A stretch of 64,000 nt of DNA from an uncultured Prevotellaceae bacterium (GCA_946411565.1 CAMKEM010000008.1:1160-65159); one strand, 5' to 3'; shown: positions 29,083 through 40,550, counted from the first letter of the stretch. Translations and numbers: made by a program. Notes: generated by a model not told the origin, from the sequence alone.

Positions 29083-32000
29083 ATGCTTCTAACGCTATAC
29101 GATCAATACGGAATCGTCAAGACGACGCTATCGCCAAACGACACGAGCACCCAGGACAAGGAGATCCAGGGTGACAACGTGCTGAGCCTGTCGTTCACCC
29201 TCTATGAGTATGTGAGCATAGACGTTAATGACTATGTGGTCTTTGAGGGCGAGCGTTACTGGGCGGTAGAGAAATACCTTCCACAGGAGAATAGCACGGT
29301 GGAATGGGAGTACAACGTGAAGCTGTACGGCATAGAGAGCCTTATCAAGCGTTTCCTTGTGCTAAAGACCGCTGACGGTGACAATGAAGCAGTGTTTACG
29401 CTGACAGCGAAACCGTCAGAGCACATAGACCTCATCGTGCAGAACATCAACGATGGCATGGGCAACACCACCAATTTCAAGAAGGGAACGGTAGAAGGCA
29501 CGGAGAATGTTGTCATAGAATACGCAGGCAAATACTGCGATGAAGCCCTGAAGGAACTTGCCGAGGCAGTAGGCGTGGAATGGTGGATTGAGGGCGAGAC
29601 CGTGAACCTGTGTCGATGCGAGCACGGCGAGGAGGTAACGCTTGGATACGGCAGCGGACTGACAAGCATAGACAGGGACGTGGCCGACAATGCGAAGTTC
29701 TTTACGCGCCTGTTTCCGATAGGCAGTAGCAGGAATATAGATCCAGAGAAATACAAAGACCATCAGACAGGCAAGCCATGCAGCCGTCTGCAGTTGCCTG
29801 ATGGCGTGAAGTATGTAGATGTGAACACGGAACGGTATGGAATCATCCACCACTACGAGCAGGAGGCTTTCTCTGGAATCTATCCGCATCGTGAGGGAGT
29901 TGTAAGTGACGTGCGTGAAGAGACCGTGACGGACAATGACGGCAAACCGTTCAAGATATACTACTTCAAGGACAATGACCTGCCGTTTGATCCTAACGAC
30001 TACGAGATAGGCAATCTGGTGAAGCATGTAAGTTTCGTAACAGGCGAGCTTGCAGGTCTTGGTGCTGATGATGACCACTATTTCGAGGTAAACTATGACA
30101 GTGAAACTCGTGAGTTCGAGATTATCACGATATGGCCATACGACAATGACATACAGTTGCCAGGCGGATCATTAATCCCGAAACGATACGACAAGTATAT
30201 CCTGTGGAATATCAGGATGCCAGACGAATACTATGGTCTCGCGGAGGAAGCATACTATAAGAAGGTGAACGAATACATAGCCCAACACGCACTTGACGTG
30301 TCACGCTACAAGGCACCTACGGATCATGTATGGATTGAGAACGAGGGGGTAAACCTGTTCGTCGGTTGCAGGATCCGTCTGGAGAGCCTGGAGTATTTCC
30401 CCGACACGGGCTACCGTTCGAGCCGTATCACGAGGATAAGCCGTCAGGTGACATTGCCGAGCCAGATGGATCTGGAGATAAGCGATGCCCTCTCGACAAA
30501 GACGCTTGACAAGATTGACGATAATATCCGAGACGTGAAGAACTACACAGGCTCGCTTGTCGGGCGGATGAGTCTGCCAGACATCATCAGAAGCTGGGAC
30601 ACTACCCATCCTACGGATAACAACCTGTACAGCGCACGGCGTAGCCACAGGGAGTTCCTGAGCAAGAATACGGCAGACAGGGCAAAGGGAAGGATTTTCT
30701 TTGATGATGGTATAGACCTTGGCGAGTATGAAGAGAGCAACGGAGCAAGCGGAGGACGCATCACCAAGGACGGTGAGGCATACCTTCTCTCCCTTGTTAT
30801 CAGAACACTCCTTGGCAGTCCTAACTTTACGGACGGCTTCGGTGGTGAAGGCTGGCAACTATGGATAGATGAGAACCAACTTGCAAACCTTACCATTGAC
30901 AAACTGACGGTGCGCCAGATAATGACGGTGTTTGAACTCCTTGTTGAGAAGATCCGAAGCGTAGGCGGTCAGATCGTGGTGAGTGCCGCCAATGGTAAGA
31001 TAAAGACCGTTGAGGAAGTGGGTGACTACTACAAGATAACCTTTGAGCAGGAGAATACCTTTGTGGCGCATGACTTGATGCGTTGCCAGACCTTCACAGG
31101 CAGTAACCAGAAATCATACTGGGTAGAGGTTGCATCCGTTGACGGCAACAGCATACTTGTGGCAAAGAGCGAGTTTGGAGAGAGCCTACCACTAGAGGCT
31201 GACGAATGCGTGCTGATGGGTAACACCACAAACACCATGCGCCAGAACCTGATATTAATATCAGCCACGGAGGATGGTCAGCCCCGCATCGATGTGATGG
31301 ACGGAGTACATGCCAAGGATTTTTCCAACTGCCTGCGTGCGCGTCTGGGCAACCTGAACGGTATAAGGAACACGGCGTTTTCGGAAAAGCAGCCGAAAGG
31401 CTATGGTCTTTACAGCGACAATGCCTATCTGCGTGGTACGTTCCTTCTGGAGAATGGCGATGATGTCAAGACACGTTTTGAGATAACGGAGGGTAAGATA
31501 CACAGCAGCGTAAGTGCGTTGCGCCAGGACTTTGCGCAGGCGAACGGCTATCTGAACAACCCATGCTTCGATGACGGCCTGAGCAAATGGCAGACAGAGA
31601 ACGAGACTGTATTCTGGCTTGCCGGCAACCGATGGATATGGGCGAACAACAACGTACTGACGAAGAAGGGTGACGGAGCAAGCGTGACGACGGATGACGG
31701 TCGTGTGGTGGTGAGGATCAAGAACAAGTACATCACCCAGCGTAACGGCAACCTCCGTTCTATTCCGACGATGGAGACCAACGCGGAGACAGGCAAGAAG
31801 GTGGCAAAGCCTGTATATCTGAGTTTCTTCTACCGCTGCGCTACTGCAGGTACGTTGCGCATCCGCTTCGAGAATGTTGACAAGACCGGCTTCGAGAATT
31901 TCGATTCTTTCGATGTAGAAGAGACACTTGCCGTGACTACAGGCTATAAGCAATATACCTGCGATGGTCTGTGGAATGGTACTGGCGACTTCAAACTGAG

Positions 32001-33138
32001 CTTCACAGGTGATATCTACCTGTACATGCTAATACTGAGCACGGATAAGGTTGAAAGCCTTACATATAGATACCGATCCTTGTTCGAGCAGAGTGCAAAG
32101 CTTACGCATCTGGCACTGCAGTACCTTGATACAAACGGCAACATACTTGCCAGCAGCGGCATTATGATAAAGGCCAATGGAAGCGGAATCTACTGTCAGG
32201 ATGCAAACGGCAACCTTGCGCTTATAGGAGTTGGCAGACAGGTGGATGATGGCAACGGCGGTACGCGAATGGTGATCAAGCTGACTGCAGACAACATAGA
32301 ACTGGAGGGTTTGGTGACAGCGAACCAGAATTTCAAGATCCTGAGTGATGGCAGCATTGAGGCGAAGAATGGCAAGTTCAGAGGTCAGGTAAATGCGGAC
32401 AGCGGTGCAATAGGTGGATTTACCATAGGAAGCAGTATGATTGGTACTGGTAATGAAACTGGTGGTGACGGTCTTTTCCTTACCAATAGTATGATAGGCT
32501 TCAATGCCACCAATCGTCAGGCGATACTTGGAACCTGGAATAATCTTGGTCAGCCAATGCTTCTGCGCCTGGTGGACACGTCACCAGATAACCTTCTGCC
32601 TAAATATGGTATCGTGTTTGACATAAGGAACTCCCAGGCAGCAAACCTTGCCTTCACAGGCAATGGAAACGGTGCATTGAACGGCTTTATCGACGGCTAC
32701 AGGTTTAACAAGATAATTGTGAACGAAGCAAATACAGTATATGGAGTGGGCATATCCGATAGCAACCGTATCATCGTAAACTGTACGGCTGGAAATTCCG
32801 GCATAATTCTTCCGCGCCTGTCATACGTACAAAGAACTCTTCGTATTGGTGACAATACTCCGTTTGCCTTCCGCTTGACAGTAATGGCTGATCTTGGTTC
32901 AGACGGTTTCAAAATCTATGGTCGTAATACGAATCCCGGCAGTAGTGGAACACCATGGAACGACGATGACTATCCGTTGTTTACGCACTGGGACGGTGGA
33001 CAATATGGTAATGACGGTCTCGCTATGGGACAAGGTGATTCGGTGGAATTACTTCTGGTATATGATCCAGACAGGACATCGACCATTGACGGTTTCACGA
33101 CCAAATATACAGCTCGAATAATAAACAGACAAGACTAA
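29083..33138 (+). CDS. Tail tip/hub protein (Tal-like) with C-terminal extension
   Basis: TRLFPIGSSRNI...LQLP endopeptidase-tail motif; position after Dit. Confidence 0.78.
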   Translation: MLLTLYDQYGIVKTTLSPNDTSTQDKEIQGDNVLSLSFTLYEYVSIDVNDYVVFEGERYWAVEKYLPQENSTVEWEYNVKLYGIESLIKRFLVLKTADGDNEAVFTLTAKPSEHIDLIVQNINDGMGNTTNFKKGTVEGTENVVIEYAGKYCDEALKELAEAVGVEWWIEGETVNLCRCEHGEEVTLGYGSGLTSIDRDVADNAKFFTRLFPIGSSRNIDPEKYKDHQTGKPCSRLQLPDGVKYVDVNTERYGIIHHYEQEAFSGIYPHREGVVSDVREETVTDNDGKPFKIYYFKDNDLPFDPNDYEIGNLVKHVSFVTGELAGLGADDDHYFEVNYDSETREFEIITIWPYDNDIQLPGGSLIPKRYDKYILWNIRMPDEYYGLAEEAYYKKVNEYIAQHALDVSRYKAPTDHVWIENEGVNLFVGCRIRLESLEYFPDTGYRSSRITRISRQVTLPSQMDLEISDALSTKTLDKIDDNIRDVKNYTGSLVGRMSLPDIIRSWDTTHPTDNNLYSARRSHREFLSKNTADRAKGRIFFDDGIDLGEYEESNGASGGRITKDGEAYLLSLVIRTLLGSPNFTDGFGGEGWQLWIDENQLANLTIDKLTVRQIMTVFELLVEKIRSVGGQIVVSAANGKIKTVEEVGDYYKITFEQENTFVAHDLMRCQTFTGSNQKSYWVEVASVDGNSILVAKSEFGESLPLEADECVLMGNTTNTMRQNLILISATEDGQPRIDVMDGVHAKDFSNCLRARLGNLNGIRNTAFSEKQPKGYGLYSDNAYLRGTFLLENGDDVKTRFEITEGKIHSSVSALRQDFAQANGYLNNPCFDDGLSKWQTENETVFWLAGNRWIWANNNVLTKKGDGASVTTDDGRVVVRIKNKYITQRNGNLRSIPTMETNAETGKKVAKPVYLSFFYRCATAGTLRIRFENVDKTGFENFDSFDVEETLAVTTGYKQYTCDGLWNGTGDFKLSFTGDIYLYMLILSTDKVESLTYRYRSLFEQSAKLTHLALQYLDTNGNILASSGIMIKANGSGIYCQDANGNLALIGVGRQVDDGNGGTRMVIKLTADNIELEGLVTANQNFKILSDGSIEAKNGKFRGQVNADSGAIGGFTIGSSMIGTGNETGGDGLFLTNSMIGFNATNRQAILGTWNNLGQPMLLRLVDTSPDNLLPKYGIVFDIRNSQAANLAFTGNGNGALNGFIDGYRFNKIIVNEANTVYGVGISDSNRIIVNCTAGNSGIILPRLSYVQRTLRIGDNTPFAFRLTVMADLGSDGFKIYGRNTNPGSSGTPWNDDDYPLFTHWDGGQYGNDGLAMGQGDSVELLLVYDPDRTSTIDGFTTKYTARIINRQD

Positions 33139-33157
33139 CAATTAAACATTATAGGCT

Positions 33158-36100
33158 ATGACAGAACAAGAGAAACAAGAGTTGAAGCTGGAGATAATCA
33201 ACCAGATTAAATCCGAGAGCCAGAGCTGTGACGAACTTGAGGAAGTGCAGGATCTCACAGGCATAAACTCCCTTCCGGCAATGCGCGGCAACAGCGTAGT
33301 GCGTGTACCAATCAGCCAGCTTGGTGCGCCAGCTGTCGCAGCTGCACAACAGGCATTGGCTGCAAAGGCACAGGCAGAGGCAGCAGCCGGAACGGCAAAC
33401 GCATCAGCAAGCAATGCCGATGCGAAGGCACAGGCAGCCCAGGAGGCAGCGGAGGACGCAGAAGATGCAAAGGCTGGAGCTGAGCAAGCAACCGCCGATG
33501 CCCTTGCAGTAGTGCAAACACATGAGATGACAGCGGTGGCAGGTCGCAACGGCGCGACGGAACGCATCACCGCCATGACGGATGATGCCGTGATAGCGAG
33601 TGCGGAGAGCGCGATACAGACAACGGGGCTTGCCGTGAAGTATGACGTGACGGCCAAGCTGTTCTACGTGACGGTGGAAGGCGTGAACTACCGCAACTTC
33701 CCCGAAGTATCCCTGTATGCAGACGGCAACTATGCCCCACGCCAAAACAAGCTCTACCTCTTCGGCGAGACACTCTACGCCTGGAGTCCTGATGATGCAA
33801 ACCTTGTGGAAGCAGCTGGCAAGGGTGGCAACACCATCAACGTGACGAAGGTCTATCCCTTGGAGGAAGGGTACTACACGCTTGCTACGGCAATCGCAGC
33901 CGTAGAGACAAAGCGCAGGGAGAAGGGTGCTTGCATCACCTACGAGGCAGCTCAGGGCAAATGGGTGACAAAGCAGTTCGTAGGCACTAACCTTGCGAGC
34001 TGGGAGAGTGAGAGCAGCTGGGACGACTTCGGCGGCGGTGGCACGGTGAAGAGCGTGACGCTGAACGGAACGAAGGTTGATCCTGATGCGCAAGGCAATA
34101 TATCCCTTACCGTGAACGAGGTGGCAGTGGATCAGACCCTCGACCCTGCGAGTACGAACCCTGTGGAGAATCGTGCGGTAGCCGGCAAGGTGAGCGAGAT
34201 AGAGGCAGGCACGGTATTCTCTATGGATGCAGAGTTGAACGATGACGAGAGCACCGTGACACTCTCTCTGAAGAACAAGAGCGGAGCGGAGATAGCGAGC
34301 GTGGACATCCCAGCCGGAAGTGGTGGCGGTGGCGGCGGTGACGCATCCACAGCCAAGATAGTGCTTGGCGCAAGCGTGAGCCAGCCTATCATCAAGGAGG
34401 GAGGAAACTGTGTACTGACATGGACATACGACCACCAGTATGTAGGCGGTGACGATGCTGGAGAAAGTACAGGCCAGAAAGCTACCATAGAGCTTCGCGT
34501 GATGCGTGGAAGCATACAGGCATACAGGGAAGAGAAGACGGACGTGAGTGCGGGCAGCTATACGCTTGACTTGAGCAAGTACCTTCAGGTAGGAACTGCA
34601 GATATCTATGTAAAGGCTACGACCACCGACCCGACTACAGGCAATACCCAGACGAAGCAAGCCTACGTGAGCGTCCGCGTGGTGAACCTGAGCCTTAGCA
34701 GCAGCTACAGCCTCAGCAACGGCCTTGGCAACGGCGGCTACCTGCACGGTGACAGCGTGGTGATTCCCTATACCGTACAGGGCACAGGAGCGAAGACTGT
34801 ATTCCTGTATGTTGACGGTGTGCAGAGCAGTAGTGCGACCGTGACCAGAAGTGGCACTACGAATGGCAGTTTCACTATAAACATGAACGGCCTCACCGTT
34901 GGCAGGCATACGGTGCAGCTTGTAGCGGAGATGGAGGCGAGCCAGACGCTGACGCTAAGGAGCGAAAGCATCTACATGGACATATTCCATGCAGGTGGCG
35001 GTGCTCCGTTGGTCGGCACGAAGATAGTATTCAATGACGGACGTATCTTTGAGGATACGGAACTTACTCCAAGACAGGATCTGACACCGAGACTTGAGGT
35101 AGGTCAGTATGAGCAACTAAGCTTCGAGTACTGCGTGTATGACGCAGGTGTCACACCTGCATCCATGGTAATTATGCAGAATGGCGACACTATACAGACC
35201 GTGAGTGTACCGAGAAGTACGCAGACATACTCGAACCGCTTCACGGAGCAGGGCGAGCAGACGATGAAACTGGTAAGCGGTGCGACGGAATATCCGTTCT
35301 ATGTTGATGTGACACAGAGCAGCATCGATGTATCAGAGGCTACCCTTGCCCTTCGCCTGAAGCTGACGGCAGCGGGAAGAAGCAACGGTGAGAGCGATCC
35401 TGCGCATTGGGAGCACGGCGAAACGACCACGGCATTTGAGAACGTGGACTGGAATACCAGCGGATGGACGGGCGAGTCGCTGAAACTGATGAACGGTGCA
35501 CGTGCGATAATCGGCTTCAAGCCGTTTACTGTAGATGCCGCCATCGCAGGCCGCACGATAGAGGTAGAGCTGAAGGTGAGCAACATAACGGACAAGGAGA
35601 GCGGTGTGGTGAGTTGTCTGGACGGCACGAAAGGCTTCCAGATAACGGCGGACAAGGCGATGATGTACACCGGTTCTACCAAAGAGGTGATGGACGAGGA
35701 TGAAAACGTAACCATGCAGCCCGTCGGTGTAGGCCGTCAGTACGGCAGCGACGAGTGGAAGAAGATAGCATTCGTGGTGAGCAGAAGAGCAGACGGCAGA
35801 CTGATGGAGCTTTATGTGAACGGCACACGATGTGCAGCCGACATATACGGCGACTCGGACAACTTCCAACAGGACACGCCACAGGGCATAACCCTAAGCA
35901 GCGCGGGAGCAGACGTGGAGGTGAGGAGCATCCGCGTATATGACCGTGCGCTAAGCGATGACGAGGAGATGGATAACCATATCATCGACCGGCAGACGCT
36001 TGACGAGATGGCCGCTTTGTTCGAGGAGAACGATATCCTCGCAGGTGACGGCAGCAGCATAGACTTCCAGAAGCTGCGCAATAAGGGCAAGGGCATAATG

Positions 36101-39100
36101 CTCGTGGCTCGTGACGGCGGTCTCGACCCTGTGAACGCTGAGAACAACAAGAAGACGGACTTCCTGTCAGATGTGCATCTGTGGCTTCCGGATGGAAGGT
36201 ACGTATATCTGCATAACGTGAACATCCGCATCCAGGGCACGAGCTCAACGAAGTACCCGACCAAGAACTACCGTATCTACTGTGCGAAAGGTGACAACCC
36301 GGAGATGTACGTGAACGGTGTCAGTCAGGCGACCAAGAAACTGGAACTGCGCATAGGTCAGAAGAAGGTCAAGATACTATGTGCCAAGGCAGACTATTCA
36401 GACTCATCTATGACGCAGAACACTGGTGGCGCGAAGATATGGAACAACCTGATGAAATCACTCGGATTCCTTACGCCTCCGCAGCAGGTGGACAGTACGG
36501 TGAGGACAGCCGTGGACGGCTATCCGATAGACGTATTCTCGGCAGAGAGCCTTGAAGATACACCTATATATTATGGTCAATATAACCTGAACCACGACAA
36601 GAGTGACTGGCAGGAGATAATAGGCATGGAGGGTGTGGACGGCTTCACTCCGACAGAGCCTATTGCGTTCGAGTTCCTGAACAACACCCAGCCGTTATGT
36701 CTGTTCCAAGGGGCAGCAGACCTCGATACCCAGGCAGAAGCGGATTTCGACAATGCGCTTGAGTTCAACTATCCTGCCAAGACAGGTGGCGAGGACACGA
36801 AGTGGGCGAATGCCCCTGTAGCGAAGAAGAACGCCTTCAAGCGTCTGTGGGGATGGATAAGGGACTGTAAGCCGGTAGGTGCAAGCACGGACAACATAAG
36901 CAGTTTCACATCGAACAAGTTCAGGACAGAGGTGAGCCAGTACCTGAACCTTGATTTCCTTCTTTGCTGGTGGCTGTTCACGGACTATTTCGTGAATGTT
37001 GACCAGAGGGCAAAGAACATGATCGCAGCAACGTGGGATGGTCTGATATGGTATTTCCTGTACTACGACGGCGATACCCAGCTTGGCGACCGTAACGACT
37101 CAATGCTTGCCTACCTATACGACGTAACAAGGGAGACATGGGATGCAGAGAAGAGCAAGTACGCATTCGAGGGACATGACTCATGGCTATGGTGCCTCGT
37201 GCTTGCAAACTTCGAGAGCGAGATCAAGGCAATGGCGACCACGATAAGGACTAAGCTGACCAACGAACTTGCGAACAATATGTTCGACATTGAGCAACAG
37301 GGCAACTGGTGTGGTAGAGCCTACAACAAGAGCGGTAAGATCAAGTACATCATTCCCCAAACAGAGGGAGTGATAGTAGGCGGAGAGCTGGTTAAGTACC
37401 CATACATATATGCGCTGAAGGGTGACAAGCAGGCATTCCGTCATTGGTTCATCCAGAACCGCTTTGCGCTGCTCGATGCGAAGTACGAGACAGGCAACTA
37501 TATGTCAGACAACATAGACATGTATATGAGCCGAACAGCCGAAGCCGCCGCCAATACCATAGTGGTGAAGAGTAACGAGCTATACTACTTCGGATATGGC
37601 ACGAATAACGCTCCCCACCTTCAGGCGAGCCAGAAGGCAGAGAACGGTGAGACGGTGACACTGGTGTTCGAGAATGCGTTTACGGTGAACGACCCTATCA
37701 GAATCTACGGTGCGAGCCGTATAGCCGAGCTTGACTGCCGTGGTGCAGCGAACAACCTCACGGGTGACATGAACCTGAACAAGTGCAATGTTCTCCGCAA
37801 GCTGAATCTCCAGACAGGAGGCAATGGCTCAATGGGATGGTGCCTCGTGCTTGATAAGTGCCGTCAGCTCGTTGATGTAAACCTCTACGGTCAGGCAAAC
37901 GCGAAGACGGGAACGCTTAGCAGTACGGAACTTGACTTCAGAAACCAGACACGCCTTGAGACCCTTGATGCGCGAGGCGTTAATGTACAGGCTGTATTGT
38001 TTGCGCAGGGTAGTCCTCTGACAACTGCGAAACTCGGTGGCAGCATCCAGACATTGCGACTGGAGTACCTGCCAGAACTGACGATGGAAGGCTTGACACT
38101 CCAGGCATGGAACACGGTGAAGACCCTGCGCTTCAGCGGTTGTCCCCACCTGAACTGGCAGACGCTTGTCGGACGCTGTACGAGCTTAGAGAGGGTTCGC
38201 ATAGAAGGCGTAAACATAGAGGACGACGGCACATTGCTGAACCGCTACAAGACGCTGAAGGGCGTGGACGCGAGTGGCAACGCCGTGGACTATTGTGCGT
38301 TCACGGGCATGGTTAAGCTGACTAAGTACATGGAGGATGAGGAATATGCAGCCATGCAGGAACGCTATCCGGAACTGACGATAGTACAGCCTGAGTATTC
38401 GGTGATTGAGTTTGACGACAACGTGAGCGATGATGCGAACGTGAGCAACCTTGACAACGGTACAGGCTACAAGTTCGGCAACGACTATGTGCCGAGCGGT
38501 CACGTGACAGCCATACTAAAGAAACGCCACCGTGTACTGGCGAAGCTGACGAAGAGACCAACGACCAGGAACATCACCCATGCGGGTGTTCAGACTACGA
38601 TGAACAACGCGGACGGTGAGATGACGATATTCCCACTGCATGATGAGAACTCGAACTACTATGCCGATGCCGAGGATCTTAGCCACTGCACAGCTGCACA
38701 CCTTGATGCGAGCGAGGGTGACTGGATGATGTGGGAGCCCCATAGGTGGTTCAAGGGAGTGAACGACTATCTGAACGGCAAGCACTATGCTTGTTGGAGC
38801 AGTAACACACAGAAACCGAAGGAACCAGACTGTACCATAGTGACGCTGGAGGACATACAGGGTTCGGGTGACTACCGTAACAACTATAAGGTGAAGAGCG
38901 GAATGGAGACATTGGCTCAGAGCTATGTGTCAGATGGAAACTATGCAGTATGCCGTGTGGGGGTGAATGGTTATTCAAAGGTTCGTTTCCCAAGTGTGCC
39001 AGGCACGGGTCTCATAGGTGCTGTGTTCACGGATAGTGGTGGTAACGTGATTAACTCGGTTGTGGTTAGTACGCTGAATGCTCGATTCGTAGCGGGCATG

Positions 39101-40063
39101 TATCTGATATCTGATGTACCAGCGAATGCCGTATCGCTTAGCTTCACTATACAGAAGTCGGCAGAGTTCGATATGGTTGTGCTGAGCAACAGTACAAAGA
39201 TAGAGGATATGGAGCCATACTGGGCAGAGGAGGATGAGCATCTCTGCGCCGTTGTTGGAAGTTCGGTTGCGAATGACAAACTGAGAGCGTGCATTACTGG
39301 TGGTAGCACGGCAGCGAGCATGGCTTGGTCAGACTTTCACTATTACTCCGTACTCCGCGGAATGCAGCAGATAGACGGTCTGATGCATAATGATATCGCC
39401 AACCTGTTCTATGCCAAATATGGCCGTAGAAATAGCCAGATGCAGTGTGGTGCAGGTCAGCACACGAACATGCGCACGACTGGCGGTACGGCCAAGATAG
39501 GAATGCAGGACACGGTGAACACGAACGGCACGACGACTGGCGGTGTGGAGAGCGAGGGACTTGCGTTCTATCAGGAGAAGAACCAACTGGGTGAGACGGT
39601 GTTCACGCGCATCAACAACACTAACTGCCTTGGGTATGAGGATATCTACGGTCATAAGTATGACATGATGGATGGTGTGGATTTGCCGAACGACAGCGGT
39701 AATGTTGCCAAGTGGCGTTTCCTTATGCCAGACGGAACATACAGGAAGGTGCAGGGCATAAACGTAAACGAAATCTGGATAACCGCGGTGGCACATGGTC
39801 GCTGGATGGATATGGTACCTGTAGGACAGGGGGGCAGCAGCTCAACCTATTATTCCGACAGATATTATATTAGTGGCTCAACAGGCCGTGTGGTCTATCG
39901 CGGCAACAACGTCGCGAGTGCGGATGGCGGCGTGTCGTGCGCGAATGCGGGTAACGCTGCATCGCACTCGAGCGCGGGTATCGGGTCGCGTCTGGCCTTC
40001 CGCGGAAAAGTCGTGGTGGCGCAAAGCGTGGCAGCGTTCAGGGCGGCGACCGAGGTAGCGTAA
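33158..40063 (+). CDS. Giant tail fibre/adhesin; DGR target protein (LamG-like, CotH-like, LRR-like, C-terminal C-type-lectin-like VR)
   Basis: 2301 aa; ends GRVVYRG...GSRLAF, encoded by the VR. Confidence 0.85.
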   Translation: MTEQEKQELKLEIINQIKSESQSCDELEEVQDLTGINSLPAMRGNSVVRVPISQLGAPAVAAAQQALAAKAQAEAAAGTANASASNADAKAQAAQEAAEDAEDAKAGAEQATADALAVVQTHEMTAVAGRNGATERITAMTDDAVIASAESAIQTTGLAVKYDVTAKLFYVTVEGVNYRNFPEVSLYADGNYAPRQNKLYLFGETLYAWSPDDANLVEAAGKGGNTINVTKVYPLEEGYYTLATAIAAVETKRREKGACITYEAAQGKWVTKQFVGTNLASWESESSWDDFGGGGTVKSVTLNGTKVDPDAQGNISLTVNEVAVDQTLDPASTNPVENRAVAGKVSEIEAGTVFSMDAELNDDESTVTLSLKNKSGAEIASVDIPAGSGGGGGGDASTAKIVLGASVSQPIIKEGGNCVLTWTYDHQYVGGDDAGESTGQKATIELRVMRGSIQAYREEKTDVSAGSYTLDLSKYLQVGTADIYVKATTTDPTTGNTQTKQAYVSVRVVNLSLSSSYSLSNGLGNGGYLHGDSVVIPYTVQGTGAKTVFLYVDGVQSSSATVTRSGTTNGSFTINMNGLTVGRHTVQLVAEMEASQTLTLRSESIYMDIFHAGGGAPLVGTKIVFNDGRIFEDTELTPRQDLTPRLEVGQYEQLSFEYCVYDAGVTPASMVIMQNGDTIQTVSVPRSTQTYSNRFTEQGEQTMKLVSGATEYPFYVDVTQSSIDVSEATLALRLKLTAAGRSNGESDPAHWEHGETTTAFENVDWNTSGWTGESLKLMNGARAIIGFKPFTVDAAIAGRTIEVELKVSNITDKESGVVSCLDGTKGFQITADKAMMYTGSTKEVMDEDENVTMQPVGVGRQYGSDEWKKIAFVVSRRADGRLMELYVNGTRCAADIYGDSDNFQQDTPQGITLSSAGADVEVRSIRVYDRALSDDEEMDNHIIDRQTLDEMAALFEENDILAGDGSSIDFQKLRNKGKGIMLVARDGGLDPVNAENNKKTDFLSDVHLWLPDGRYVYLHNVNIRIQGTSSTKYPTKNYRIYCAKGDNPEMYVNGVSQATKKLELRIGQKKVKILCAKADYSDSSMTQNTGGAKIWNNLMKSLGFLTPPQQVDSTVRTAVDGYPIDVFSAESLEDTPIYYGQYNLNHDKSDWQEIIGMEGVDGFTPTEPIAFEFLNNTQPLCLFQGAADLDTQAEADFDNALEFNYPAKTGGEDTKWANAPVAKKNAFKRLWGWIRDCKPVGASTDNISSFTSNKFRTEVSQYLNLDFLLCWWLFTDYFVNVDQRAKNMIAATWDGLIWYFLYYDGDTQLGDRNDSMLAYLYDVTRETWDAEKSKYAFEGHDSWLWCLVLANFESEIKAMATTIRTKLTNELANNMFDIEQQGNWCGRAYNKSGKIKYIIPQTEGVIVGGELVKYPYIYALKGDKQAFRHWFIQNRFALLDAKYETGNYMSDNIDMYMSRTAEAAANTIVVKSNELYYFGYGTNNAPHLQASQKAENGETVTLVFENAFTVNDPIRIYGASRIAELDCRGAANNLTGDMNLNKCNVLRKLNLQTGGNGSMGWCLVLDKCRQLVDVNLYGQANAKTGTLSSTELDFRNQTRLETLDARGVNVQAVLFAQGSPLTTAKLGGSIQTLRLEYLPELTMEGLTLQAWNTVKTLRFSGCPHLNWQTLVGRCTSLERVRIEGVNIEDDGTLLNRYKTLKGVDASGNAVDYCAFTGMVKLTKYMEDEEYAAMQERYPELTIVQPEYSVIEFDDNVSDDANVSNLDNGTGYKFGNDYVPSGHVTAILKKRHRVLAKLTKRPTTRNITHAGVQTTMNNADGEMTIFPLHDENSNYYADAEDLSHCTAAHLDASEGDWMMWEPHRWFKGVNDYLNGKHYACWSSNTQKPKEPDCTIVTLEDIQGSGDYRNNYKVKSGMETLAQSYVSDGNYAVCRVGVNGYSKVRFPSVPGTGLIGAVFTDSGGNVINSVVVSTLNARFVAGMYLISDVPANAVSLSFTIQKSAEFDMVVLSNSTKIEDMEPYWAEEDEHLCAVVGSSVANDKLRACITGGSTAASMAWSDFHYYSVLRGMQQIDGLMHNDIANLFYAKYGRRNSQMQCGAGQHTNMRTTGGTAKIGMQDTVNTNGTTTGGVESEGLAFYQEKNQLGETVFTRINNTNCLGYEDIYGHKYDMMDGVDLPNDSGNVAKWRFLMPDGTYRKVQGINVNEIWITAVAHGRWMDMVPVGQGGSSSTYYSDRYYISGSTGRVVYRGNNVASADGGVSCANAGNAASHSSAGIGSRLAFRGKVVVAQSVAAFRAATEVA
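39883..40003 (+). repeat. DGR variable repeat (VR)
   Basis: 121-nt ungapped match to 40230..40350; all 17 mismatches are opposite TR adenines. Confidence 0.97.
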
Positions 40064-40107
40064 GCGAGAAAGCGAAAGCGGGAGCGTAGCGACAAAGCGA
40101 AAAAGCG

Positions 40108-40154
40108 TGATGTCTGAGGCACGAAGACATCAAGAAAAACGGGCTTTAGCCCGT
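40108..40154. promoter_or_regulatory. Two hairpins downstream of the VR (candidate DGR target-recognition cruciforms)
   Basis: TGATGTCT-N9-AGACATCA (40108-40132) and ACGGGC-TTTA-GCCCGT (40139-40154). Confidence 0.6.
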
Positions 40155-40195
40155 CGATATTGGTGGATTTTTTCGGTATTCTCGCAGGAAATGAG

Positions 40196-40203
40196 TAACT
40201 TTG
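40196..40203 (+). promoter_or_regulatory. -7 promoter box for the TR-RT transcript
   Basis: TAACTTTG about 27 nt before the TR. Confidence 0.6.
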
Positions 40204-40229
40204 CAAGTCAAAAAGGCGGAAGTTCTCAT

Positions 40230-40350
40230 AGGCCGTGTGGTCTATCGCGGCAACAACAACGCGAATGCGAATGGCGGCGTGTCGTACGCGAATGCGAATA
40301 ACGATGCATCGAACTCGAACGCGAATATCGGGTCGCGTCTGGACAACCAA
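40230..40350 (+). ncRNA. DGR template repeat (TR)
   Basis: AAC/AAT-rich copy of the VR, upstream of the RT. Confidence 0.95.
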
Positions 40351-40550
40351 AGGATATTGAATCGGCGTACAGCGATGGGGACGTGTTCCCCGATGCGGTG
40401 CCGAGAGAACGGAGCCTCACCAAAAGCGGCTATTGCCGGAAAGGTGAAAAACGGAGTGACGGGTAGAGTTTGGTAGGGCATTACTGTCTCGAAGAACTTA
40501 GACCCACAGAAGGAAGGCACAGACCTTCACTAACAACCAAAACTTAAACT

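Noticed and set aside
29083..33138. Second DGR target
   Set aside because: No further copy of the TR sequence was found by eye in this gene or elsewhere in the window.
33404..34909. 501-aa minus-strand ORF and other long antisense ORFs in the tail genes
   Set aside because: Shadow frames of codon-biased + strand genes; no motifs.
40201..40476. 91-aa ORF spanning the TR
   Set aside because: TTG start inside the promoter box. The Asn-rich frame is simply the TR mirroring the VR frame and does not resemble Avd.
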